Part shown: positions 9,661 to 18,406 of the stretch, piece by piece
Numbering within the stretch: position 1 is the first letter of the stretch
How the letters are laid out: each line of letters starts with the position of its first letter
NCBI RefSeq assembly: GCF_030150205.1
Contig: NZ_JASLGT010000014.1
Location: forward strand, 22,166-86,165
DNA length: 64,000 bases
Direction: 5' to 3'
Source of the DNA: Niabella sp.
GTDB taxonomy: Bacteria; Bacteroidota; Bacteroidia; Chitinophagales; Chitinophagaceae
Notes under the pieces: generated by a model
Databases searched by the model: none
The model's input: only the letters and a program-made list of their open reading frames with translations
What the model was told of the DNA's origin: nothing
Translations under genes and position numbers: made by a program

Positions 9661-9696
9661 CAAATGTACGTTATTTTATTAAAAGCGGTAATTTTG
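9661..9696. promoter_or_regulatory. divergent Bacteroidota primary-sigma -7 boxes for hppD and hmgA
   Basis: Minus-strand TACATTTG (9661-9668) and plus-strand TAATTTTG (9689-9696) both match TAnnTTTG. Confidence 0.6.
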
Positions 9697-9889
9697 TACC
9701 AGTAATTATTCTATGGCCTACTTCAGAAATTTCATCTACTGGAACGATAAGCGGCGCTGGAAATATTATTTCCTGCTGGCGGCACTTGCCATGGGCGCGG
9801 TGCTTTTCGATTTCAGGTTCAGGGTTTAAAGTTCCGGGTTATTTTACCTGGTATATACTGCCCTTTCGTTCATCCATCAATAATTAAAA

Positions 9890-11047
9890 ATGCCGCACTA
9901 TTATACATTGGGATCCATTCCCCATAAACGTCATACCCAGTTTCGCAAACCCGATGGCGGGCTTTATAGCGAACAGCTTTTTTCTACTGAAGGATTCAGC
10001 AATGACTACGCACTTTTGTACCATTGCCATCCGCCTACGCAAATTATTAAAACCGAACCGCATCGGGATGTGAGTCCGCATATCGCCGAGGAGAAGATGC
10101 TGCAGCACCGCAGCTTTGAAGGATTTAAGGTAAACCCGGTAGCAGACTACCTGGATAGCCGGGTACCGGTACTTGTAAACAACGACTGTCACCTGGTACT
10201 GGCAGCACCGCAACAGCGTATGCGGGATTATTTTTATAAGAATACTGATGGAGATGAGCTGATCTTTATCCACGAGGGCTCAGGAGTGGTAAAAACACAA
10301 TACGGGTCTCTGCCTTTTAGTTATGGCGACTATATCGTATTGCCCCGTGGTACCATTTACCAGATCCATTTCAATGATGAACAGAACCGGCTTTTTATTG
10401 TAGAATCCTTTACGCCGCTGCGTTTTCCAAAACGTTACCTGAGCAGGAACGGACAGCTGATGGAACATGCGCCCTATTGTGAACGGGATATCCGTCCGCC
10501 GCAGGACCTGGAAACCATTGATGAAAAAGGCGATTTCCTCATCAAGGCCAAGAAAAAGGGAATGCTGTATGGGCTGCATTATGGTACGCATCCTTTTGAC
10601 GTGGTTGGCTGGGATGGCTGCTGTTACCCGTTTATCTTCTCTATTCATGATTTTGAGCCGATCACCGGACGGGTACATCAACCGCCCCCCGTACACCAGA
10701 CCTTTGAGACCAATGCCTTTGTTGTTTGCTCTTTTGTGCCCCGGTTATTTGATTATCATCCGCAGTCCATTCCTGCGCCCTATAACCACAGCAATATCGA
10801 CAGTGATGAAGTGATTTATTATGTGGATGGTGATTTTATGAGCCGCAAGCAGGTAACCCGGGGAATGATCACCCTGCACCCCGCGGGCATTCCGCATGGT
10901 CCTCATCCCGGCGCTGTTGAAAAAAGCATCGGGGCAAAAGAAACAAAGGAACTGGCCGTAATGGTAGATACGTTTCATCCATTGATGCTGACCAAAGAAG
11001 CCCTGGAAATTGAAAACCCGGACTATATTATGAGCTGGGCCGAGTAG
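9890..11047 (+). CDS. hmgA: homogentisate 1,2-dioxygenase
   Basis: GRVHQPPPVHQTF, PYNHSNIDSDEV, TLHPAGIPHGPHPG, ELAVMVDT. Confidence 0.95.
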   Translation: MPHYYTLGSIPHKRHTQFRKPDGGLYSEQLFSTEGFSNDYALLYHCHPPTQIIKTEPHRDVSPHIAEEKMLQHRSFEGFKVNPVADYLDSRVPVLVNNDCHLVLAAPQQRMRDYFYKNTDGDELIFIHEGSGVVKTQYGSLPFSYGDYIVLPRGTIYQIHFNDEQNRLFIVESFTPLRFPKRYLSRNGQLMEHAPYCERDIRPPQDLETIDEKGDFLIKAKKKGMLYGLHYGTHPFDVVGWDGCCYPFIFSIHDFEPITGRVHQPPPVHQTFETNAFVVCSFVPRLFDYHPQSIPAPYNHSNIDSDEVIYYVDGDFMSRKQVTRGMITLHPAGIPHGPHPGAVEKSIGAKETKELAVMVDTFHPLMLTKEALEIENPDYIMSWAE

Positions 11048-11083
11048 CGGCTTTAGTGGAGCGAGAATAGTGAATGGTAAATC

Positions 11084-11210
11084 AATGCCGTTTCCTTAAA
11101 GCCGCGCAGATCCGGTATCGGCTTTAACTACAACAATGTTGTAGAAAAGTGCCGCAGGCGCAATCAGCGTATCTGCGGCAACCATAAAAACTGCTTAAGG
11201 AAACGGAATT
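11084..11210. mobile_element. MITE-like cassette, copy 2
   Basis: AATGCCGTTTCCTTAA / TTAAGGAAACGGAATT ends; same interior as 8211-8343. Confidence 0.7.
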
Positions 11211-11297
11211 GAATGACCCTTAGTAAATCGTGAAAAATCGGAATTTGGACAAAGAAGAAAACCGGTCGTCCACATTGCAAGAACACACGGCCCTTCC

Positions 11298-11353
11298 CTA
11301 CTGACTATTCACTATTGACTATTGACTATTCACTATTGACCATTCACCATTGC
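11298..11353. repeat. tandem heptamer tract, consensus CYATTSA, 8 units
   Basis: ctactga ctattca ctattga ctattga ctattca ctattga ccattca ccattgc; complementary arm GAATAGTGAATGGT near 11065. Confidence 0.85.
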
Positions 11354-11356
11354 CTG

Positions 11357-11857
11357 TTAAAACCCACCACTATCTGCTGAAGGTCCGTAGATGGAAGGAA
11401 CAGCTATATCATTCAGCCGCATATAAACGGTGAGCTGCCCGCGGTGATGCACCAGGTGATTGATGGTAGACTCCAGGCTTTCTCTCTTTGAAGATTGAAA
11501 AACAACCTGCCCGTTGCTCTTTAAATAAAACGGAGCCTCCAGTTCACCGTCCTTTACTTCGGCCAGCGCAGCTTTTGCGCCTTCCATATGCTGATCGAAA
11601 TGCGCCACCAGTTCTTCACTGCTTGCAGGCCGGATATGCGCAAATGTGGCAAAATCGATCTCATTACTGCGAACCATGGTCGTGATCCATAACGGGATTT
11701 CTGCAACCAGTATCGAAAGGTACCCAAGGGGCATTGACTTTTCATGCGGCCGCCATTCGGACAAAGCGGTTGGGATGCGCTCCAAACAACTACGGGTAGC
11801 CCTTGTTTCCATTTCCAACTCCTTGATAAATGCCTTTGCAAAAGTTGAATCATTCAT
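11357..11857 (-). CDS. DinB family protein
   Basis: WRPHEKSM, HLVHHRGQLTVYMR, VPSIYGPSAD. Confidence 0.9.
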   Translation of the reverse strand: MNDSTFAKAFIKELEMETRATRSCLERIPTALSEWRPHEKSMPLGYLSILVAEIPLWITTMVRSNEIDFATFAHIRPASSEELVAHFDQHMEGAKAALAEVKDGELEAPFYLKSNGQVVFQSSKRESLESTINHLVHHRGQLTVYMRLNDIAVPSIYGPSADSGGF

Positions 11858-11887
11858 TGTAGGTGGTATTTATAATTTAAAAATAGT

Positions 11888-13672
11888 TCAAACCGATCCC
11901 GCGGGCATACGCCCTTCTGCGCCCGGTAAAATTGCAATATGTGCCAGGGTATGCAGTCCATCATCAATCAGCTTTTTAAGCTCCGGCTTCCGGTATTGCA
12001 AACGAGCCAGCCGCTGCATTATATGTTCCTGTAATCCCGGTGCTTCCCTGCGGTCCTTTAATACTTCCAGTATCTCCAGCAGGCAGAGCCAGTCGTCCGG
12101 ATATTGTGCGTCCAGGATACCGGTAATTTTTTCCAGTGCAGCAGTATCCGTTCCATTTTCCCGGATCGCCCGTACCTGTTTATACAATCCATGTAATTGA
12201 CTGGTGGCTTCGCTGTATTCGGAACGCGGCATCTCCCGGGGCACGATGGTTACCTGCTCGTAGGCCGCTTTATCCGCGGCACCGGAGTATACCGAGGTAA
12301 TTTCGCCCCCCACCGCCATATCATAGATGCCCCATTCCGGCTGAAATAACTGCCTCGCTGTAACGCTGTCGATCACCGTACATCCCGAAAAACGGATCAG
12401 GATGATCTTGTTGTTTTTGATCACTACAGCTTCCACCCTGCCATGCACCTGCAACCCGCTCCGGAATAACAGCGCTGCGGCTTTGCCCGTTTCGATGCCT
12501 GCATTTTTCAGGTCATCCAGGGTAAAATCTTCCAGTGGCAGATCGTAATCCCGCAACTTTCCTACCGGTGATCCCCATCCCTGCGGATACAGTTCTTTTT
12601 CATGCCCCGCCAGCTGACGGTCATCCAGGGCCAGTGCCGTTGGTCCCGCAGTGGCGATATAAGTGCCTTCCCCCATACCGGTTTCTATAAAAATACCGGA
12701 TGCCTGCAAGCCCGAACTGTAAACCACCGTACACAATAAACCACTATCAATAGCTTTTTGCAAACCATATACTCCGCCCCGGCGGTAAGAAAGTGTATCC
12801 GCAAATGTATTCAGCACGCGGACCAGGTTCTGAAAGTTGGGAGTTACAAACAACTGGGGCTGCGGCTTGGTAATATCATACGGATAGGTTACCGCATCAA
12901 TGGTATAGGGAAGCTTCTTTACACCCGGCCCCATGCAGGTAACACTTTCACCAATCGATGATAGTAATCCGGCGCCATAGATCTTATAATCCTCCAGGCT
13001 TCCGATAAGCCCGTATTCTACCGTCCACCAATGCAGCCGGGCAAGGAGTGCCATTTCTGAGGGATCGCCCATATTTTGCTGGATCAATGCCAGTGTTTCC
13101 TCCGCTTTCCGGATCTCTTTTTCGGGCGTACCGGCCAGCTCCTTTAATACCGCCAGCTGCCGGATGGCTTCAAACAACTCCTGGTCTTTTTTGGAAAGCA
13201 GGGCCTTTGTACCCACTTCCCCGGTAAACTGCAGGTAAGCCGCATATTCCGGTTCTCCGATAATGGGCGCATGGCCTGCCGATTCATGAATGATATCGGG
13301 GGCCGGCGTGTATTCGATGTGTTCTATCTGGCGGATATCCGCCGCAATGATCAGCACCCGGTATGCCTGAAATTCCATAAACGCCTGGGAGGGAATAAAA
13401 CCGTTTACCGTAACAGCGCCCCAACCGATCGTTTTCAGGTGATCATTCATCGTTTGCAGATCGGGGATCCGTTCAATAGTTAGGCCCGCTTTCTTCAAAC
13501 CCGGTATATAAGGGTAATACGCCACATCCTTCAGATAACGGTAGTTCTGTCGCATAACATACCGCCATACCGCATGATCTACCGCCGTATAATGCTCATA
13601 GTGCTGTGGAACGATATATTGTTTCAGATGACGGGGAAGCCGGTCAACAAGCGGGTTATTATAGTTGTTCAT
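11888..13672 (-). CDS. phhA: phenylalanine 4-monooxygenase (long aromatic amino acid hydroxylase)
   Basis: YTPAPDIIHESAGHAP, LHWWTVEYGL, KIYGAGLLSSIGE, PYDITKPQPQLF. Confidence 0.9.
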   Translation of the reverse strand: MNNYNNPLVDRLPRHLKQYIVPQHYEHYTAVDHAVWRYVMRQNYRYLKDVAYYPYIPGLKKAGLTIERIPDLQTMNDHLKTIGWGAVTVNGFIPSQAFMEFQAYRVLIIAADIRQIEHIEYTPAPDIIHESAGHAPIIGEPEYAAYLQFTGEVGTKALLSKKDQELFEAIRQLAVLKELAGTPEKEIRKAEETLALIQQNMGDPSEMALLARLHWWTVEYGLIGSLEDYKIYGAGLLSSIGESVTCMGPGVKKLPYTIDAVTYPYDITKPQPQLFVTPNFQNLVRVLNTFADTLSYRRGGVYGLQKAIDSGLLCTVVYSSGLQASGIFIETGMGEGTYIATAGPTALALDDRQLAGHEKELYPQGWGSPVGKLRDYDLPLEDFTLDDLKNAGIETGKAAALLFRSGLQVHGRVEAVVIKNNKIILIRFSGCTVIDSVTARQLFQPEWGIYDMAVGGEITSVYSGAADKAAYEQVTIVPREMPRSEYSEATSQLHGLYKQVRAIRENGTDTAALEKITGILDAQYPDDWLCLLEILEVLKDRREAPGLQEHIMQRLARLQYRKPELKKLIDDGLHTLAHIAILPGAEGRMPAGSV

Positions 13673-13719
13673 CCGGCAAAATTACAATTTTAAACAAACG
13701 ATCGTAAGCCATGGTAACT

Positions 13720-13830
13720 TTTAGCTATCAGTCATCAGTTTTCAGTTTTCAGTGATTTGTACGATATCTATGATCTGACATCCGCATTGAGTAGGATACG
13801 GATCTAACCTGGAACTTTAAACCTGAAATA
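13720..13830. repeat. heptamer-armed repeat unit
   Basis: TTAGCTATCAGTCATCAGTTTTCAGTTTTCAG; TAACCTGGAACTTTAAACCTGAAA is near-reverse-complement of ~9818-9841. Confidence 0.6.
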
Positions 13831-13928
13831 ATTCCATAGTCCTCCCAGTCTACATGTCCCCCAAAGCAAGGGCCGTAGTAAAATAGCCAATTGTGAGTAA
13901 ATCATCGAGTGTAAAACGGCGTCCAACC

Positions 13929-14345
13929 TTAAACAATATCCTCTCCTGCCATCTTTAATACCAGCTCCCACTCCTCCGGCTTTACGGTTTGTACCGACAA
14001 ACGGCCCAGGCGTACGAGGTCCATATCTTTTAACTGCGGTACTTCTTTGATTTCAGATAACGGTACGGTTTTTTTCAATTTCTTATAGGGTGCTACTTCA
14101 ACCGCCACCCAGCGCTCATCTGTTGTGGTTGGATCCTGGAACGCCTCTTTCACAATTTTTGCAATCGCTACAATTTCCACGCCCTCATTACTGTGATAAA
14201 AAAAAGCCAGGTCTCCTTTCTTCATAGCGCGAAGGTTCAGCCGTGCGGCATAATTCCGTACTCCATCCCATACGGTTTTTTTGTCCTTTACCAACTGATC
14301 GTAACTATATTTAAAGGGTTCTGATTTTATAAGCCAATATGCCAT
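13929..14345 (-). CDS. EVE domain-containing protein
   Basis: YWLIKSEP, WDGVRNYAAR, GDLAFFYHS, RLSVQ. Confidence 0.95.
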   Translation of the reverse strand: MAYWLIKSEPFKYSYDQLVKDKKTVWDGVRNYAARLNLRAMKKGDLAFFYHSNEGVEIVAIAKIVKEAFQDPTTTDERWVAVEVAPYKKLKKTVPLSEIKEVPQLKDMDLVRLGRLSVQTVKPEEWELVLKMAGEDIV

Positions 14346-14435
14346 AAGAAATGTAAAATTTAATAGATTGATTTTAGAATGATGCGTTGTTCCTGTTTGT
14401 AATCAGTAATTTTATATTTATAAAAGTATAAAACA

Positions 14436-15563
14436 ATCAGGAATCCGCAACATCAAATAAGCATCTGGGAGCAGGAGGCTTTTTATGCTCCGCAGGATAT
14501 CATCATTATTGGTGCAGGTTTCACGGGTTTATGGACGGCCGTTTATCTTAAACAAAAATTCCCTTCTAAAAATATCCTGATCGTGGAACGGGGGGCTACA
14601 CCCGCTGGCGCCTCCACGCGGAATGCAGGGTTTGCCTGCTTTGGCAGCCCTACAGAGATCTTATCTGATATGGAAGCCATGGGAAAAGAAAAGGCCCTGC
14701 AATTGCTGCAGATGCGCTTTGAGGGGTTGCGGGCCATACAGAAGATCTTTTCAAACGGACTGATCGATTTTTCCATTTGTAAAGGATACGAACTGCTGGA
14801 CAGCTCCCGGAGCCTGGAGCGCCTGCCGGCGCTGAATGAATGGCTTTATGAAATTACCGGTGCGCCGGCAACCTTTTGCCAGCAGGACGAACTGATCCCC
14901 GTATTCGGATTTGCGAATACAGCACACCTCGTAGAAAACCGTTTTGAAGGCTGTCTGCATCCCGGCAAGTTATTAAATGCCCTTTATCATCTTGCGGTAA
15001 AAATGAATATCCGCTTTTTATTTGCAACCGAAGTACGCCAGGTGGAAGAAGATTCGCAGGGCGTAAAACTTTTTACAACAAAGGGGCCCGGTCTTGCTGC
15101 GGAACGGATCGTTTATTGTACCAATGCTTTCAGCAACCGGCTATTGCCCCGGATAGACCTGGTACCGGCAAGAGGCCAGGTATTCCTTACGGAACCAATT
15201 CCCGGCTTAAAATTCAAAGGCAGCTTCCATTACCAGGAAGGCTATTATTATTTCCGCAACCTGGACGATCGTATCTTACTGGGTGGTGCGCGCCATACCT
15301 CTTTTCAGACCGAATATACACTGGAACCTTTTACTACATTACCGATCCAGCAGGCATTGGAGGCTTTTTTATCTACGGTGATCTTACCCGGACAACGGCC
15401 GCAGATCACGCACCGCTGGGCGGGCATTATGGCCATGGGCAAGGAGAAAACACCGATTGTGGAACAACTGACCGACCGGTCTTTTTGCGCAGTCCGGATG
15501 AGTGGCATGGGCGTAGCACTGGCTCCTACCGCTGGAAAAAAGATTGCAGAACTGATGACCTAG
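14436..15563 (+). CDS. FAD-dependent oxidoreductase (DadA/PuuB-like); start codon non-canonical or uncertain
   Basis: In-frame SIWEQEAFYAPQDIIIIGAGFTGLW lies upstream of the listed GTG (14583); GASTRNAGF motif. Confidence 0.8.
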   Translation: MRNPQHQISIWEQEAFYAPQDIIIIGAGFTGLWTAVYLKQKFPSKNILIVERGATPAGASTRNAGFACFGSPTEILSDMEAMGKEKALQLLQMRFEGLRAIQKIFSNGLIDFSICKGYELLDSSRSLERLPALNEWLYEITGAPATFCQQDELIPVFGFANTAHLVENRFEGCLHPGKLLNALYHLAVKMNIRFLFATEVRQVEEDSQGVKLFTTKGPGLAAERIVYCTNAFSNRLLPRIDLVPARGQVFLTEPIPGLKFKGSFHYQEGYYYFRNLDDRILLGGARHTSFQTEYTLEPFTTLPIQQALEAFLSTVILPGQRPQITHRWAGIMAMGKEKTPIVEQLTDRSFCAVRMSGMGVALAPTAGKKIAELMT

Positions 15564-15643
15564 CGGCTGCCGGTGTTGAGCGGTTCTATAGCATACTGTA
15601 TTTATTCACCATAACGAATAATCGCTTACCTTTCTGCCAAAAA

Positions 15644-16534
15644 ATGAAGTTCGGACAAGTAAGCAACCCCGGTGTAATTGATTTCGCCCTGCCGGCGGAT
15701 CATCCGGAAACGGCAAACGTGCTTGGAGCCGTTAAAAAACAGGAAACATTTGAAGTATATGTAGGTTGCGCCAAGTGGAACCGAACCGACCTGAAAGGTT
15801 TTTACCCCCGTGGTGTTAAAGATGAATTAAAGTATTATGCCACCCAGTTCAACGCTATTGAACTCAATGCAACGTTCTATAAAATGCCGGATTGGCAACA
15901 GGTAGCAACCTGGAAGAGCAAAACCCCGGAGGGATTCAAATTTTTTCCCAAACTCACCAATACGATCAGTCATTACAAACGGCTGATTGATGTGCAGCAG
16001 GAGCTGGAAGTATTTTGCAACGCGGTCAGCAATTTTGAAGACCGGCTGGGCATGGCCTTCCTGCAACTGCACGATAATTTTAAACCGGAGCATTTTGACC
16101 GGCTACAGCAGGCATTGCAGTCCTTTCCCAAAGGTATTCCCCTGAGTGTGGAAGTACGGAACGGAGAATGGTTTTCCAACAGCCGCGTCCACGACCGTTA
16201 TTGTGCATTACTGGAACAGCTGGGTATGGCACATATTATTGTGGATACTGCCGGCCGCCGGGATATGCTGCATATGCGGCTTACAACCCCCATTGCCTTT
16301 GTCCGGTATGTTGGAGCCAATCATCCTACGGATGTGGATCGTCTGAACGATTGGATTGAACGGATCAAACAATGGCGGAAGGAAGGATTACAAAAACTGT
16401 ACTTCTTTGTGCACCAGAATGTGGAACTGGAGTCGCCCCTGCTGGCTGCACATTTTATCCGGACCATGAATCAAACATTTAACCTCGCGTTAAAAATACC
16501 GGACAAGGCCGGGGAACAGGGCGCTTTATTTTAA
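15644..16534 (+). CDS. DUF72 domain-containing protein
   Basis: MKFGQV start, VGCAKW, QFNAIELNATFY, FKFFPK, VEVRN. Confidence 0.9.
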   Translation: MKFGQVSNPGVIDFALPADHPETANVLGAVKKQETFEVYVGCAKWNRTDLKGFYPRGVKDELKYYATQFNAIELNATFYKMPDWQQVATWKSKTPEGFKFFPKLTNTISHYKRLIDVQQELEVFCNAVSNFEDRLGMAFLQLHDNFKPEHFDRLQQALQSFPKGIPLSVEVRNGEWFSNSRVHDRYCALLEQLGMAHIIVDTAGRRDMLHMRLTTPIAFVRYVGANHPTDVDRLNDWIERIKQWRKEGLQKLYFFVHQNVELESPLLAAHFIRTMNQTFNLALKIPDKAGEQGALF

Positions 16535-16548
16535 TAGCGATAACAGCT

Positions 16549-16922
16549 AAACCACAGGGAAAAGAGAACGCAACGATCAAAAAGGTATGACATACCCTTT
16601 ATACAACCGCCTTGCGCATCTCCGCGGTAAAATGCAACCGCAAGATGCTCAAGGGCCACGCGAGACACGCCAGGATGTCTATCAGAACGTTTTTCCATGC
16701 GACCGCTGCGAATACCTAGCGAACGTAGCGGTTAAATACAACCGCAAGGTGCAAGGCACGCCAGGATATCTATCAGAACTTTTTCCTTGCGACCGTTGCG
16801 GATACCTTGCGAACGTAGCGGTTAAATACTAAACCGCAGCGAACGAAAAAATCCGAAAGTATAGCACGCCTCTATATAACTTCCCGGCGCATCTCCCATG
16901 CCTTCGCCATTCCGCGGTTAAA
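16549..16922. repeat. cluster of four REP-like hairpin units
   Basis: Units ~16549-16630, 16635-16735, 16739-16826, 16831-16922 bounded by AACC(A/G)C..GCGGT; units 2 and 3 near-identical. Confidence 0.8.
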
Positions 16923-16969
16923 ACGCCACGATAAATGCAAAAACGAATCAGCGGCAGACAGTCCCTTCC

Positions 16970-18406
16970 TTATTTCCATCCTCCGCCCAGGGCCCGGTAA
17001 ATATGGGTAACCGCACTAAATTGTTGCGCCCGGGTTTCAACCAGTTCCAGCCGCGATTCCAGCGCATCACGCTGTGTCATCAGTACTTCCAGGTAATCGG
17101 CCCTTGCTGCCCTGTACAGGTCATTGGATACAGCAATCGACCGCGCCAGTGCATTCACCTCGTTATTTTTCAGCTGGTACTTCTGCTCCAGGTTGCTGAT
17201 ATTGGACAGCTCATTCGATACTTCCCGTACGGCGTTTAAAATGGTTTTCTCGTATTCAAACAGGGCCTGCTGCTGACGGGCATCAGCGCTGGCGAACTCC
17301 GCTTTAATCGCATTTTTATTGATCAGCGGTGCAGCCAGTTCTCCGGCCAGGGAAAACAGAACGGATTCCGGCAATTTGGCCAGGTACGAAGGTTTAAATG
17401 CCTGTAATCCCAGTGAAGCCGAAATATCCAATGTAGGATAAAAAGCCGCCCGGGCCACTTTTACATCCAGCTTTGCAGCTGCCAGTGCCAGCTCTGCCTG
17501 ACGGATATCCGGCCGGTTTGCCAGTAACTGCGACGGAATACCGGTACTTACCTGCCGGGGTAATGCCGTAAGAAACCCACCGGAAGAACGTTCCACCGGC
17601 TGAGGATTGCGTCCCAGGAGAAAATTAATTTTGTTCTCGCCTTCTTTTATTTGCTGTAAAATTTCATATTCCCGGCTCCGGGAATTGAGCACTTCTGCTT
17701 CAAATTTTTTAACGGCCAGCTCAGTAGCCCTTGCCGCTTCCTTCTGCACTTTTACAATCTCCAGGCCATTCTTTTGCAGCTGGATGCTTTCCTTCACAAT
17801 GGCCAGTTGATTATCCAATCCCAGTAATTCGTAGTAAGCATCTGCGATCTCTGCGATGAGATTGGTAGTTACAAAGTTCTTCCCTTCTATCGTTGCCAGG
17901 TAACGGTCTACAGCCGCCTGTTTACCATTCCGGAGTTTCTTCCAGATATCAGCTTCCCAGGTGGCATAAAGCCCCAGCTCATGATCACCCAGGATGTCCG
18001 GCACTTCTTTTCCCGGCGCTATATCCGTAGAAGCATCCCCGGCGCCCTGACTGGTATACCGTCCTACTTTTTCCACACCACTGCCAACCTTTGCCATTAC
18101 GCTGGGTAACAATTCTCCTTTTTTTACCCGGATATCATTCCGGGCGATCTCAATCTCCTGAAGCGTGCTTAGCAACTCCCGGTTATTGTGCAGTGCTGTA
18201 TCCACCAGTTTCAACAAGTAAGGATCAGCAAAAAAATCCTGCCATTTTATAGCTGCACTGTTTAATGTATCCACCGTAGCCGCTTCAAAGACCGCCGGCG
18301 GTTCCGTTTTTACTTCGTGGTTCACGATTGCCGGCACTTTGCAGCCTGCACTTCCCACAAGGGTAAGAGCTACAGCACCGATCAGGTATATTTTAATACT
18401 ATTCAT
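16970..18406 (-). CDS. outer membrane efflux lipoprotein (TolC/NodT family)
   Basis: Lipobox, PSQLLANRPDIRQAE, YRALGGGW. Confidence 0.93.
   Translation of the reverse strand: MNSIKIYLIGAVALTLVGSAGCKVPAIVNHEVKTEPPAVFEAATVDTLNSAAIKWQDFFADPYLLKLVDTALHNNRELLSTLQEIEIARNDIRVKKGELLPSVMAKVGSGVEKVGRYTSQGAGDASTDIAPGKEVPDILGDHELGLYATWEADIWKKLRNGKQAAVDRYLATIEGKNFVTTNLIAEIADAYYELLGLDNQLAIVKESIQLQKNGLEIVKVQKEAARATELAVKKFEAEVLNSRSREYEILQQIKEGENKINFLLGRNPQPVERSSGGFLTALPRQVSTGIPSQLLANRPDIRQAELALAAAKLDVKVARAAFYPTLDISASLGLQAFKPSYLAKLPESVLFSLAGELAAPLINKNAIKAEFASADARQQQALFEYEKTILNAVREVSNELSNISNLEQKYQLKNNEVNALARSIAVSNDLYRAARADYLEVLMTQRDALESRLELVETRAQQFSAVTHIYRALGGGWK

Noticed and set aside
13929..14345. EVE domain as part of a modification-dependent restriction system
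   Set aside because: Stand-alone EVE with no adjacent nuclease or ATPase; the GxxExxY gene is 8 kb away in another operon.
15116..15643. N-terminal extension of the DUF72 ORF
   Set aside because: Out-of-frame overlap with the oxidoreductase; family-like sequence begins at MKFG (15644).
16587..16832. 81-aa ORF with repeated CDRC motif
   Set aside because: Arises from the duplicated hairpin units; no independent coding evidence.
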